Counted from the stretch's first letter, positions 1 to 6,678 are shown. The stretch: DNA of 32,000 bases from Geotalea daltonii FRC-32 (GCF_000022265.1 NC_011979.1:330001-362000); one strand, 5' to 3'. A program made the numbers and translations. Notes: generated from the letters alone by a model not told the origin.

Positions 1-469
1 GCAGGTCCAGCAGCTGACTGCCGGTGCGGATGCTGCCGAAGGTGGTACTGTCCACTCCGTCCATGGAGAGACAGATCCTGTCGAGACCGGCATCGAGCAG
101 GGTCATGGCCCTCATGTTGGTTAGCAGAAGGCCATTGCTCTGGAAACCGATCCAGCCGTGGGACGGCATCAACTTTTTCGCCCGGGTGATGAACTGTTCC
201 AGGCGGGAGTTGAGCAGAGGCTCACCTACACCATTGAGTACCAGGGCATTCAGATTGGGCAGGGCCGGTTCCAGGGCAGAAAAGGTGCCCATGTCCAGAT
301 CGCCATCCCCCGTGCCACCATCATTTTGTTTCATGCACATGACGCAGCTCAGGTTGCAGCGGCTGGTGGTCTCGACGAAAAGCCTGGACGGGTAAGGCAG
401 CAGGGCCGAATCGACCGCCGGGTACCGTTGTTCAAGTGTCATGGCGGCAGTGCAGTTTTGCATGGTCAT
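1..469 (-). CDS. Radical SAM enzyme, N-terminal part only (3' end runs off the window)
   Basis: The minus-strand frame is open from position 1 to ATG 467-469. A second ATG at 461-463 has SD AAGGA 5 nt upstream. Translation MTMQNCTAAMTLEQRYPAVDSALLPYPSRLFVETTSRCNLSCVMCMKQ...LVLNGVGEPLLNS carries the CxxxCxxC radical-SAM cluster motif. It is absent from the ORF track because it has no stop inside the window. Plus-strand ORFs 24..395 and 158..580 are antisense artefacts. Confidence 0.85.
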   Translation of the reverse strand, partial: MTMQNCTAAMTLEQRYPAVDSALLPYPSRLFVETTSRCNLSCVMCMKQNDGGTGDGDLDMGTFSALEPALPNLNALVLNGVGEPLLNSRLEQFITRAKKLMPSHGWIGFQSNGLLLTNMRAMTLLDAGLDRICLSMDGVDSTTFGSIRTGSQLLDL

Positions 470-587
470 CCTTATGTCGATCGGGCAGAAACCTCCGGCC
501 ACTGTTTAGGCGATCATGGCCATGCAGTTGGGGCAGCTCACGCAAGTGGCGCCGGGTTCTCTTTGGAGGGCCTTGGGTAAGCAGCCC

Positions 588-782
588 TCAGATGTGCAGC
601 GACATGTCCGTGCCGTGGGACAACTCCCACTGCTGCCGCAGGAGGGTGAAAGCATCCCGCATGAGGTCCGCTGCGGACAGATTGGTCATTTCCATGATCT
701 GGCGGAACTTGTCCATCTCCTCATCTGTGACGCGCATGGAAACGATATAGGGCTTTCTCGGGTTGTTGTACTTCCTTGCCAT
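588..782 (-). CDS. Small ribbon-helix-helix (CopG/MobC-like) protein, 64 aa
   Basis: ATG 780-782 lies 8 nt downstream of AAGGAGG; the track ORF begins at TTG 806. MARKYNNPRKPYIVSMRVTDEEMDKFRQIMEMTNLSAADLMRDAFTLL fits the strand-helix-turn-helix pattern of RHH proteins. It is co-directional with the radical SAM gene and 118 nt upstream of it. Confidence 0.6.
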   Translation of the reverse strand: MARKYNNPRKPYIVSMRVTDEEMDKFRQIMEMTNLSAADLMRDAFTLLRQQWELSHGTDMSLHI

Positions 783-850
783 CTCTTCTTCCTCCTTCTC
801 AGACAACCAGCAACCTTAAAATTGAAGATTGCTGCTGGAAATGGGCAGAG

Positions 851-865
851 GCAATTTCGGTACCA
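851..865 (-). promoter_or_regulatory. sigma54 (-24/-12) promoter candidate
   Basis: The minus strand reads TGGTAC-CGAAA-TTGC. The invariant GG and GC sit at canonical spacing (consensus TGGCAC-N5-TTGC), about 70 nt upstream of ATG 782. Confidence 0.55.
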
Positions 866-1286
866 ACACCCATTACGCACGCAGACCGGGTGGCCGCCCA
901 GATGGGTCGAGCCGTTGAATACAGGGGAATGGGACGCTTTTCCCGGGAGTGTTGAAAAGAAGGTAGGGGGAGTTTTTACCGCCGGCAAGAGTGAATGGGA
1001 GCGTTCCAGACTATGACATGTGCTCCATTATGGAACAGTCCACGTGTGCCATTTCAGAACAAAGTTCATTAAACAAAGATTGCCAGGGGGCAGTCGTTGA
1101 GGTCCAACCGCCTATTTTTACAGCTGCTTGCCCCATATGTTTCCAGAAATATGGTGGCTGGTAAAATTGTTGGTATAGGGTTTGCGGTATAGTAAAAAAA
1201 CGTTTTAGAAAACCGTATGCAGGAGATGGTTCAAGGCACAAAAAACCAATGTGGTTGATTCCACAAAATACAAAGGAGGAGCAACA

Positions 1287-2450
1287 ATGGCATTAGCAGA
1301 ACAGACGTACGGATTTTTCATTCCAACAGTTTCATTGATGGGGATAGGTTGCTCCAAGGAAACGGGGGCCCAGGCCAAGGCGCTGGGTGCGACGAACCTG
1401 CTCATTGTCACTGACGCCGGTCTGTCCAAGATGGGGGTCGCCGACAAGATCAAGGCCCAGCTGGTGGAAGCCGGTCTGAAAGCGGTAATTTTCGACGGCG
1501 CCGAGCCCAACCCCACCGACAAGAACGTCCATGATGGCGTCAAGGTCTACCTGGACAGCAAGTGTGACGGGATCGTTTCCCTGGGTGGCGGCAGCTCCCA
1601 TGACTGCGGCAAGGGGATCGGCCTGGTCATCGGCAATGGCGGCAACATCCGCGACTTCGAAGGGGTCAACAAGTCCACCAAGCCCATGCCCCCGTTCCTG
1701 GCCATCAATACCACCGCCGGCACCGCTTCCGAGATGACCCGCTTCTGCATCATCACCAACACCGATACCCATGTGAAGATGGCCATCGTCGACTGGCGCT
1801 GCACACCGAACATTGCCATTAACGATCCGGTCCTCATGGTGGGCAAACCCCCCGCACTCACCGCTGCCACCGGTATGGACGCCCTGACCCATGCCGTTGA
1901 GGCCTACGTCTCCACCATCGCCACCCCCATTACCGATGCCTGCGCCATCAAGGCAATTGAGCTGGTCGCCGCCAATCTGAGCGTGGCCGTAGCCAACGGC
2001 GACAACCTGGAAGCCCGCGATGCCATGGCCTATGCCGAATATCTTGCCGGCATGGCCTTCAACAACGCCAGCCTGGGCTATGTCCATTCCATGGCCCACC
2101 AGCTGGGGGGGTTCTACAATCTGCCCCACGGCGTCTGCAACGCCATCCTGCTGCCCGCCGTCAGCCAGTTCAACCTGATTGCCTGCCCGAAACGCTTTGC
2201 CGACATCGCCGTTGCCCTGGGTGAGAACATCGCCGGTCTTTCCGTGACCGAGGCGGCAGAAAAAGCCATCAGCGCCATCCGCAAGCTCTCCGCCTCCATC
2301 GGTATTCCTGCCGGTCTGAAAGAGCTGAACGTCAAGGAAGAAGATTTGAAGATCATGGCCGAGAACGCCAAGAAAGACGCCTGCCAGCTGACCAATCCAC
2401 GCAAAGCGACGTTGGAGCAGGTGATCGACATCTATAAGGCAGCGATGTAA
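1287..2450 (+). CDS. Iron-containing (group III) alcohol dehydrogenase
   Basis: ATG 1287 follows AAAGGAGGAGCAACA; track start 1251 has no SD. MALAEQTYGFFIPTVSLMGIGC..., GGGSSHDCGKG and the HSMAHQLGG...PHG metal-ligand region are typical of the Fe-ADH (FucO/Adh4-like) family. Confidence 0.9.
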   Translation: MALAEQTYGFFIPTVSLMGIGCSKETGAQAKALGATNLLIVTDAGLSKMGVADKIKAQLVEAGLKAVIFDGAEPNPTDKNVHDGVKVYLDSKCDGIVSLGGGSSHDCGKGIGLVIGNGGNIRDFEGVNKSTKPMPPFLAINTTAGTASEMTRFCIITNTDTHVKMAIVDWRCTPNIAINDPVLMVGKPPALTAATGMDALTHAVEAYVSTIATPITDACAIKAIELVAANLSVAVANGDNLEARDAMAYAEYLAGMAFNNASLGYVHSMAHQLGGFYNLPHGVCNAILLPAVSQFNLIACPKRFADIAVALGENIAGLSVTEAAEKAISAIRKLSASIGIPAGLKELNVKEEDLKIMAENAKKDACQLTNPRKATLEQVIDIYKAAM

Positions 2451-2481
2451 GCGGAGGCACAGAGGAAACCAAACCTCAATG

Positions 2482-2654
2482 CACCACTAAGGCACGAAGG
2501 ACACGAAGAAAGGCAACAATTAAATAACAACCTAATGTTACGGTTTTTGATTCTCTTAGTGGCTCTTAGTGTCTAGTGGTGAATAAAAGATTCCGTATGT
2601 TCATGGTGAATTGGGTTTAGACCTTCCTTCGTGCTCTTCGTGTCTTCGTGGTAG
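2482..2654. repeat. Nine CAC[G/T]AAG heptad units in three modules that form a long imperfect inverted repeat
   Basis: Module 1 is forward (2485-2491, 2493-2499, 2502-2508). Module 2 is reversed (cttagtg 2555-2561, 2565-2571; ctagtg 2573-2578). Module 3 is reversed (cttcgtg 2627-2633, 2636-2642, 2644-2650). cacgaagaaagg (2502-2513) is complementary to ccttccttcgtg (2622-2633) at 11 of 12 positions. Confidence 0.8.
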
Positions 2655-2671
2655 GCGATTTTAATTCATGT

Positions 2672-2768
2672 ATCATCTCCGAGCCGTGCAGCCTAACAGG
2701 TTCCCTCATGGTGCCCGGCCTACGGGTTTCGCTGGAAACGGCGGGGCCTCCCTTTCGGAAAGGAGTAA
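2672..2768 (+). promoter_or_regulatory. Moco/Tuco-class riboswitch aptamer, copy A (Moco RNA motif)
   Basis: Conserved blocks: CUCCGAGCC (2677-2685), GCUGGAAACGGC hairpin with GAAA loop (2731-2742), GCCUCCC (2747-2753) and GGAAAGGAG (2757-2765). CUCC 2677-2680 pairs with GGAG 2762-2765 (P1). It sits upstream of the tungstoenzyme gene aor. Confidence 0.8.
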
Positions 2769-2813
2769 GCAAGCCCTTGCGGGTAAACACTATGATTGGG
2801 AGAAGATAAAGAA

Positions 2814-4544
2814 ATGGACAAGATTTTACGCGTCAACATGACCGACCTCACCACCAGGACCGAGCCGGTACCGGCCGCCTGGGCCGGTTTGGGGGGCCGT
2901 GCCCTTACCTCCACCATTGTTGCGGCCGAAGTGCCTGCCACCTGCCATGCCCTGGGTGAGAACAACAAGCTGGTCTTTGCCCCCGGGCTTCTCACCGGTA
3001 CCCCTGCCGCCAACTCAGGCCGCCTCTCTGCAGGGGCCAAGAGCCCGCTTACGGGCACCATCAAAGAATCGAACGCCGGCGGCACTGCGGCCCAGATGCT
3101 GGCCCGCCTTGGGGTCAAGGCCCTGATCATCGAGGGGCTGCCCAAAGCGGACAAGTGGTACAGCCTCCATGTCTCCAAGGACGGCGTCACTGTGCAGGAG
3201 GAGAGCGAGCTGATCGGCAAGGGCAACTTCGCCGTCATCGAGGCACTGGAAGCCCGCCTCGGCAAGAAGACCGGCATCCTCACCATCGGTCCGGCAGGTG
3301 AGCTGAAGATGACCGCCGCCAACATCTCGGTCAAGGACCCGGACAGCAAGATCCGCAGCCATGGCCGTGGCGGGCTGGGGGCCGTCATGGGTTCCAAGAA
3401 GATCAAGTTCATCACCATCAATGACGAAGGGGCACCGGGCGTGAAGATTGCCGACCCGGAGAAATTCAAGGTGGCCGCCCGCACCTTTGCCAAGGCGCTC
3501 CTGGATCATCCGGTCAGCGGCGAGGGGCTCCCCACTTACGGCACCAACGTTCTCGTCAACATCCTCAACGAGGCGGGGGGGCTGCCGACGAAAAACTTCA
3601 CCCTCGGCCAGTTCGAGGGGCACGACAAGATCTCGGGTGAGACCTTGCACGATACCATCGTTGCCCGCGGTGGCAAGCCGAAGCACGGCTGTCACGCCGG
3701 CTGCATCATCCAGTGCTCCCAGGTCTACCACGACAAGGATGGCAAGTACGTTACCTCCGGTTTCGAATACGAGACCATCTGGGGGCTCGGCGCCGACTGC
3801 TGCATCGACAACCTGGATGACATCGCCCTGGCGGACAACATCATGGACGATATCGGCGTCGATTCCATCGAGACGGCGGTCATGTTCGGCGTGGCCATGG
3901 AGGCAGGCATTCTTTCCTTTGGCGACAGCAAGGAGATGCTGCGCCTGCTCAGGGACGAAATCGGCACAGGCACACCCCTCGGCCGCATCCTGGGTGGCGG
4001 CGCCGCCAGCGTCGGCAAGGCCTACGGCGTTACAAGGGTCCCGGTGGTGAAGAACCAGGCGATTCCCGCCTATGACCCCCGTTCGGTCAAGGGGATCGGC
4101 ATCACCTACGCCACTTCCACCATGGGAGCGGACCACACCTCCGGTTACACCATCGCCACCAACATCCTTAATGTGGGAGGTTTCGTCGATCCGTTGAAGA
4201 AGGACGGCCAAGTCGAGCTTTCCCGCAACCTGCAGATTGCCACCGCAGCCGTCGATTCCACCGGCATGTGCATCTTCGTCGCCTTCCCGGCCCTGGATAT
4301 TCCCGAATGCCTTCCCGCCCTGATCGACATGATCAATGCCCGCTTCGGCATCTCGCTTACCGGGGACGATGTCACCGACCTGGGAAAACAGGTGCTGAAG
4401 ACCGAGCGCCAATTCAATATCGAGGCGGGCTTCACCAAGGAGCACGACCGTCTGCCCGAGTTCTTCAAGACGGAGCCGGTGGCGCCTCACAATGCGGTCT
4501 GGGACTTCAGCGATGAGGAAATCGACGAGTTCTGGAACTTCTAA
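2814..4544 (+). CDS. aor: Tungsten-containing aldehyde:ferredoxin oxidoreductase (AOR family)
   Basis: MDKILRVNMTDLTTRTEPVP... is a typical AOR N-terminus. The AOR N-domain is followed by the Cys-rich HGCHAGCIIQC segment and the distal DSTGMCIFVAF cluster-ligand region. ATG 2814 has a GGGAGAAG SD; track start 2796 is a TTG. Confidence 0.9.
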   Translation: MDKILRVNMTDLTTRTEPVPAAWAGLGGRALTSTIVAAEVPATCHALGENNKLVFAPGLLTGTPAANSGRLSAGAKSPLTGTIKESNAGGTAAQMLARLGVKALIIEGLPKADKWYSLHVSKDGVTVQEESELIGKGNFAVIEALEARLGKKTGILTIGPAGELKMTAANISVKDPDSKIRSHGRGGLGAVMGSKKIKFITINDEGAPGVKIADPEKFKVAARTFAKALLDHPVSGEGLPTYGTNVLVNILNEAGGLPTKNFTLGQFEGHDKISGETLHDTIVARGGKPKHGCHAGCIIQCSQVYHDKDGKYVTSGFEYETIWGLGADCCIDNLDDIALADNIMDDIGVDSIETAVMFGVAMEAGILSFGDSKEMLRLLRDEIGTGTPLGRILGGGAASVGKAYGVTRVPVVKNQAIPAYDPRSVKGIGITYATSTMGADHTSGYTIATNILNVGGFVDPLKKDGQVELSRNLQIATAAVDSTGMCIFVAFPALDIPECLPALIDMINARFGISLTGDDVTDLGKQVLKTERQFNIEAGFTKEHDRLPEFFKTEPVAPHNAVWDFSDEEIDEFWNF

Positions 4545-4561
4545 ACAATGGTAAAACCCCT

Positions 4562-4593
4562 GTCCCCCGGCGTCATCGATGATGCCGGGGGAC
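4562..4593 (+). other. 32-nt near-perfect palindrome/hairpin between aor and the moaD-like gene
   Basis: GTCCCCCGGC-G-TCATCGATGA-T-GCCGGGGGAC. The 10-bp GC-rich outer stem encloses the self-complementary TCATCGATGA. No U-tract follows. Confidence 0.8.
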
Positions 4594-4612
4594 ACCAGTA
4601 TGTGAGGCTATC

Positions 4613-4837
4613 GTGAATATTACCGTCAAACTATTTGCCACCTTCAGAAACGGCCGGTTCAAGATCGACAACCAGGAGTGGCCTGAAGGGACGGATTGCC
4701 GCAGGATCGTTGCCAGCCTGGGGCTTACGGAAGAGGAGATCGGCATCGTCCTGATCAATGGCCGGCATGTTCCCCTGGAGCAGCAGTTGGCGCAGGCCGA
4801 TACTCTTTCACTTTTCCCGCTGGTAGGAGGGGGTTGA
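4613..4837 (+). CDS. MoaD/ThiS-family small sulfur-carrier-like protein (C-terminal GG)
   Basis: 74 aa with a GTG start and a GAGG SD. A ubiquitin-like small protein ending ...LFPLVGGG, the hallmark of MoaD/ThiS carriers. Its stop lies 1 nt before the thiF-like start. Confidence 0.75.
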   Translation: MNITVKLFATFRNGRFKIDNQEWPEGTDCRRIVASLGLTEEEIGIVLINGRHVPLEQQLAQADTLSLFPLVGGG

Positions 4838-4838
4838 T

Positions 4839-5687
4839 ATGGATGCAGTGCTGCAGTACCTGTGGAGCAAGGCGGAAGGGGACCTTGTGCCCTGGTCTGC
4901 CCAATCGGAAGCGGTCCGGCAGTTCGGCTTGAGCTACGGGCAAGTGGAAAGCCTGATCCTGGAGAAGGGGCTGTTGCCAGCCCGCTACCAGCGCAACCGC
5001 ACCACGGTTTCCACCATCGAGCAGCGACAGCTGTTCAACAGCCGGGTGGCGGTCATCGGCTGCGGCGGCCTGGGGGGCTACATCATCGAGGAACTGGCCA
5101 GGCTGGGGGTCGGGCAGATTGTCGCCATCGATCCGGACATCTTCGAGGAACACAACCTCAACCGACAACTGTTTTCGAGCCCCCATGCCCTCGGCAAGCC
5201 TAAGGTTGAGGCTGCTGCGGCCCGCGTCAGCGAGATAAATCCGGCGGTCAACCTGGTACCGGTCCAGGAGGCTTTCACCACCGCCAACGGGAAGCAACTC
5301 CTGCAGGGGGTGACGGTTGCGGTCGACGCCCTGGACAGCATCGCCTATCGCCTGGAACTGGCGGAAGTTTGCAGCGAGATGGACATCCCCATGGTCTACG
5401 GGGCCATCGGCGGCTGGTACGGCCACGTTGCTACCCAGCTGCCGGGGGACACCACCATCCAGCGCACCTATCGCAACTGGGTGGAAGGGAAGGGAATCGA
5501 AAAGCAGCTGGGCAACCCCTCCTTCACTCCGGCGGTGGTAGCGAGCCTGCAGGTGGCGGAGGTCTGCAAGATCCTCCTCGGCAAAGGGGAGCTCCTGCGT
5601 CATCGGAAGTTAAGCATCGACCTCCTGGAGATGGAGATTTTCGATGTCTCGTATGCGGCGCTTGCGGAGCTGGTGCGTGCGGCGTAA
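4839..5687 (+). CDS. ThiF/MoeB/HesA-family E1-like adenylyltransferase
   Basis: VAVIGCGGLGGYIIEELARLGVGQIVAIDPDIFEEHNLNRQ is the Rossmann/ATP motif of the ThiF/MoeB family. It has a roughly 65-aa N-terminal extension and no CxxC pairs. It appears translationally coupled to the MoaD-like gene. Confidence 0.85.
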   Translation: MDAVLQYLWSKAEGDLVPWSAQSEAVRQFGLSYGQVESLILEKGLLPARYQRNRTTVSTIEQRQLFNSRVAVIGCGGLGGYIIEELARLGVGQIVAIDPDIFEEHNLNRQLFSSPHALGKPKVEAAAARVSEINPAVNLVPVQEAFTTANGKQLLQGVTVAVDALDSIAYRLELAEVCSEMDIPMVYGAIGGWYGHVATQLPGDTTIQRTYRNWVEGKGIEKQLGNPSFTPAVVASLQVAEVCKILLGKGELLRHRKLSIDLLEMEIFDVSYAALAELVRAA

Positions 5688-5698
5688 TTACTCTCCTG

Positions 5699-5728
5699 TT
5701 GACATCAAGGCATACGGAGACATACTCA
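5699..5728 (+). promoter_or_regulatory. Candidate sigma70 promoter for mop (TTGACA-17/18-TACTCA)
   Basis: A perfect -35 TTGACA lies at 5699-5704. A -10-like ATACTC/TACTCA lies at 5722-5728, in the 74-nt gap after the thiF-like gene. Confidence 0.35.
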
Positions 5729-5761
5729 AAGTGGAAACTCCATTTTGAGGAGGATGTCACC

Positions 5762-6190
5762 ATGAACATCAGTGCGAGAAATCTCCTGTCGGGCAAGGTT
5801 ACAACGGTCAGAAAAGGGGCAATAAACTCCGAGGTTGAACTTTCCCTTGATGGAGGGGAAACGATTGCAGCGGTCATTACCAATGCCAGCCTGGAAGAAA
5901 TGGGAATCAAGGAAGGCATGGAGGCATTCGCCCTTGTCAAGGCCCCGCTGGTTATTATCGCCAAGGGAAACACCGGGCTCAAATTCAGCGCCCGTAACGT
6001 CCTGCAGGGCACGGTCAAGAAAATCGCACAGGGCAGTGTCAATGCAGAGATCTCCATACAACTGCAGGGGAGTGGTATCATCACCTCCATCATCACCAAA
6101 GGGAGCGTCGCTGCCATGGCATTGCAGGAAGGGGATCAGGTCAGCGCCATCTTCAAGGCCTCCAGTGTCATACTTGCCGTAAAGGCATAG
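5762..6190 (+). CDS. mop: Di-Mop (tandem TOBE) molbindin, molybdate/tungstate-binding protein
   Basis: ATG 5762 follows GAGGAGG. There are two repeats, each starting with the Mop signature (NISARNLLSGKV... and KFSARNVLQGTV...). The track ORF from 5369 is an artefactual extension that overlaps the thiF-like gene. Confidence 0.85.
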   Translation: MNISARNLLSGKVTTVRKGAINSEVELSLDGGETIAAVITNASLEEMGIKEGMEAFALVKAPLVIIAKGNTGLKFSARNVLQGTVKKIAQGSVNAEISIQLQGSGIITSIITKGSVAAMALQEGDQVSAIFKASSVILAVKA

Positions 6191-6196
6191 GGCCGA

Positions 6197-6233
6197 TTTA
6201 CTGCTTGACAGATTAATGACATAATGGTACTAG
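6197..6233 (+). promoter_or_regulatory. Candidate sigma70 promoter(s) ahead of riboswitch copy B
   Basis: Option 1 is TTGACA (6205-6210), 17 nt, TACTAG (6228-6233). Overlapping option 2 is TTTACT (6197-6202), 17 nt, CATAAT (6220-6225). Confidence 0.45.
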
Positions 6234-6257
6234 TTTACCACAATTGAATGCTCGAAC

Positions 6258-6354
6258 TTTCTCCGAGCCTGTCCGCCTACCGGGAATATTCCCCATGGTG
6301 TCAGGCCTGTGGGCTCTGCTGGAAACGGCAGGACCTTCCTTTGAAAAGGAGAAC
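6258..6354 (+). promoter_or_regulatory. Moco/Tuco-class riboswitch aptamer, copy B
   Basis: CUCCGAGCC (6261-6269), a CUGCUG-GAAA-CGGCAG hairpin, and AAAAGGAG (6344-6351). The P1 extension UUCUCC/GGAGAA covaries with copy C. The core reads GACCUUCC where copies A and C have GCCUCCC. Confidence 0.75.
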
Positions 6355-6380
6355 CTCTCGCCACGCTATGATTGCGTTCT

Positions 6381-6416
6381 AGGGGCTCCTTTATCCAAAG
6401 GAGCCCTTTTTGTTTG
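6381..6416 (+). terminator. Intrinsic terminator forming the expression platform of riboswitch copy B
   Basis: AGGGGCUCCUUU-AUCC-AAAGGAGCCCU is followed by UUUUUGUUUG. Its 5' arm CUCCUUU (6386-6392) is also complementary to the aptamer's 3' strand AAAGGAG (6345-6351), which gives a P1/antiterminator/terminator arrangement. Confidence 0.8.
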
Positions 6417-6469
6417 TGGCTGATCACGTGCTTCGAACATGACTTCAAAACCAGATAAATGATTCTCAA

Positions 6470-6563
6470 CTCTCCGAGCCACGCCGCCTAAAGGGTAGTT
6501 TTCCCATGGCGACCGGCTAGGGTGCCGCTGGAAACGGCTGTGCCTCCCTTTTGGAAAGGAGAG
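6470..6563 (+). promoter_or_regulatory. Moco/Tuco-class riboswitch aptamer, copy C
   Basis: CUCUCCGAGCC (6470-6480), the GCUGGAAACGGC hairpin, GCCUCCC (6542-6548) and GGAAAGGAGAG (6553-6563). P1 CUCUCC/GGAGAG is 6 bp. The porin start lies 116 nt downstream. Confidence 0.8.
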
Positions 6564-6678
6564 CCTCAAAGTACCGGACCTGTTCCTGTATCCAAAGGCC
6601 TCTTTCCATCTGCGGACAGACTCTTTGATGCATTTGGGGGAGACCTTTTCCCCTGTTATTAGAAAACAGGAGGGTACG

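Noticed and set aside
506-655. 49-aa Cys-rich alternative-frame ORF (MLSPSCGSSGSCPTARTCRCTSEGCLPKALQREPGATCVSCPNCMAMIA) just upstream of the radical SAM gene. It is tempting as a SCIFF/ranthipeptide-like precursor.
   Set aside because: It overlaps the RHH gene by 68 nt out of frame, and its ATG has no usable SD. Cys codons (TGC) arise easily in the shifted frame of CTG-rich coding sequence. The part lying in the true intergenic spacer has no start codon of its own. It is worth a Ribo-seq look, but the sequence alone does not support it.
1011-1241. 76-aa minus-strand ORF in the adh upstream region (and ORF 686..988 on the same strand).
   Set aside because: There is no SD, the composition is odd and aromatic-rich, and the ORFs sit in an AT-richer promoter region or out of frame over the RHH gene.
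2482-2654. Possible CRISPR array, because of the short repeated units.
   Set aside because: The units are 7 nt, directly abutting or 1-3 nt apart, and occur in both orientations. There are no spacers of 25-40 nt and no cas genes in the window.
3015-4595. 526-aa minus-strand ORF covering almost all of aor.
   Set aside because: It is antisense to a gene with unmistakable AOR-family sequence. It has no SD and an Ala/Gly/Asp/Arg/Val-biased composition typical of the shadow frame of GC-rich genes.
5369-5761. N-terminal 131-aa extension of the mop ORF as listed in the track.
   Set aside because: It overlaps the thiF-like gene in another frame and has Gly/Arg/Pro-rich nonsense composition. The Mop domain starts exactly at ATG 5762, which has a GAGGAGG SD.
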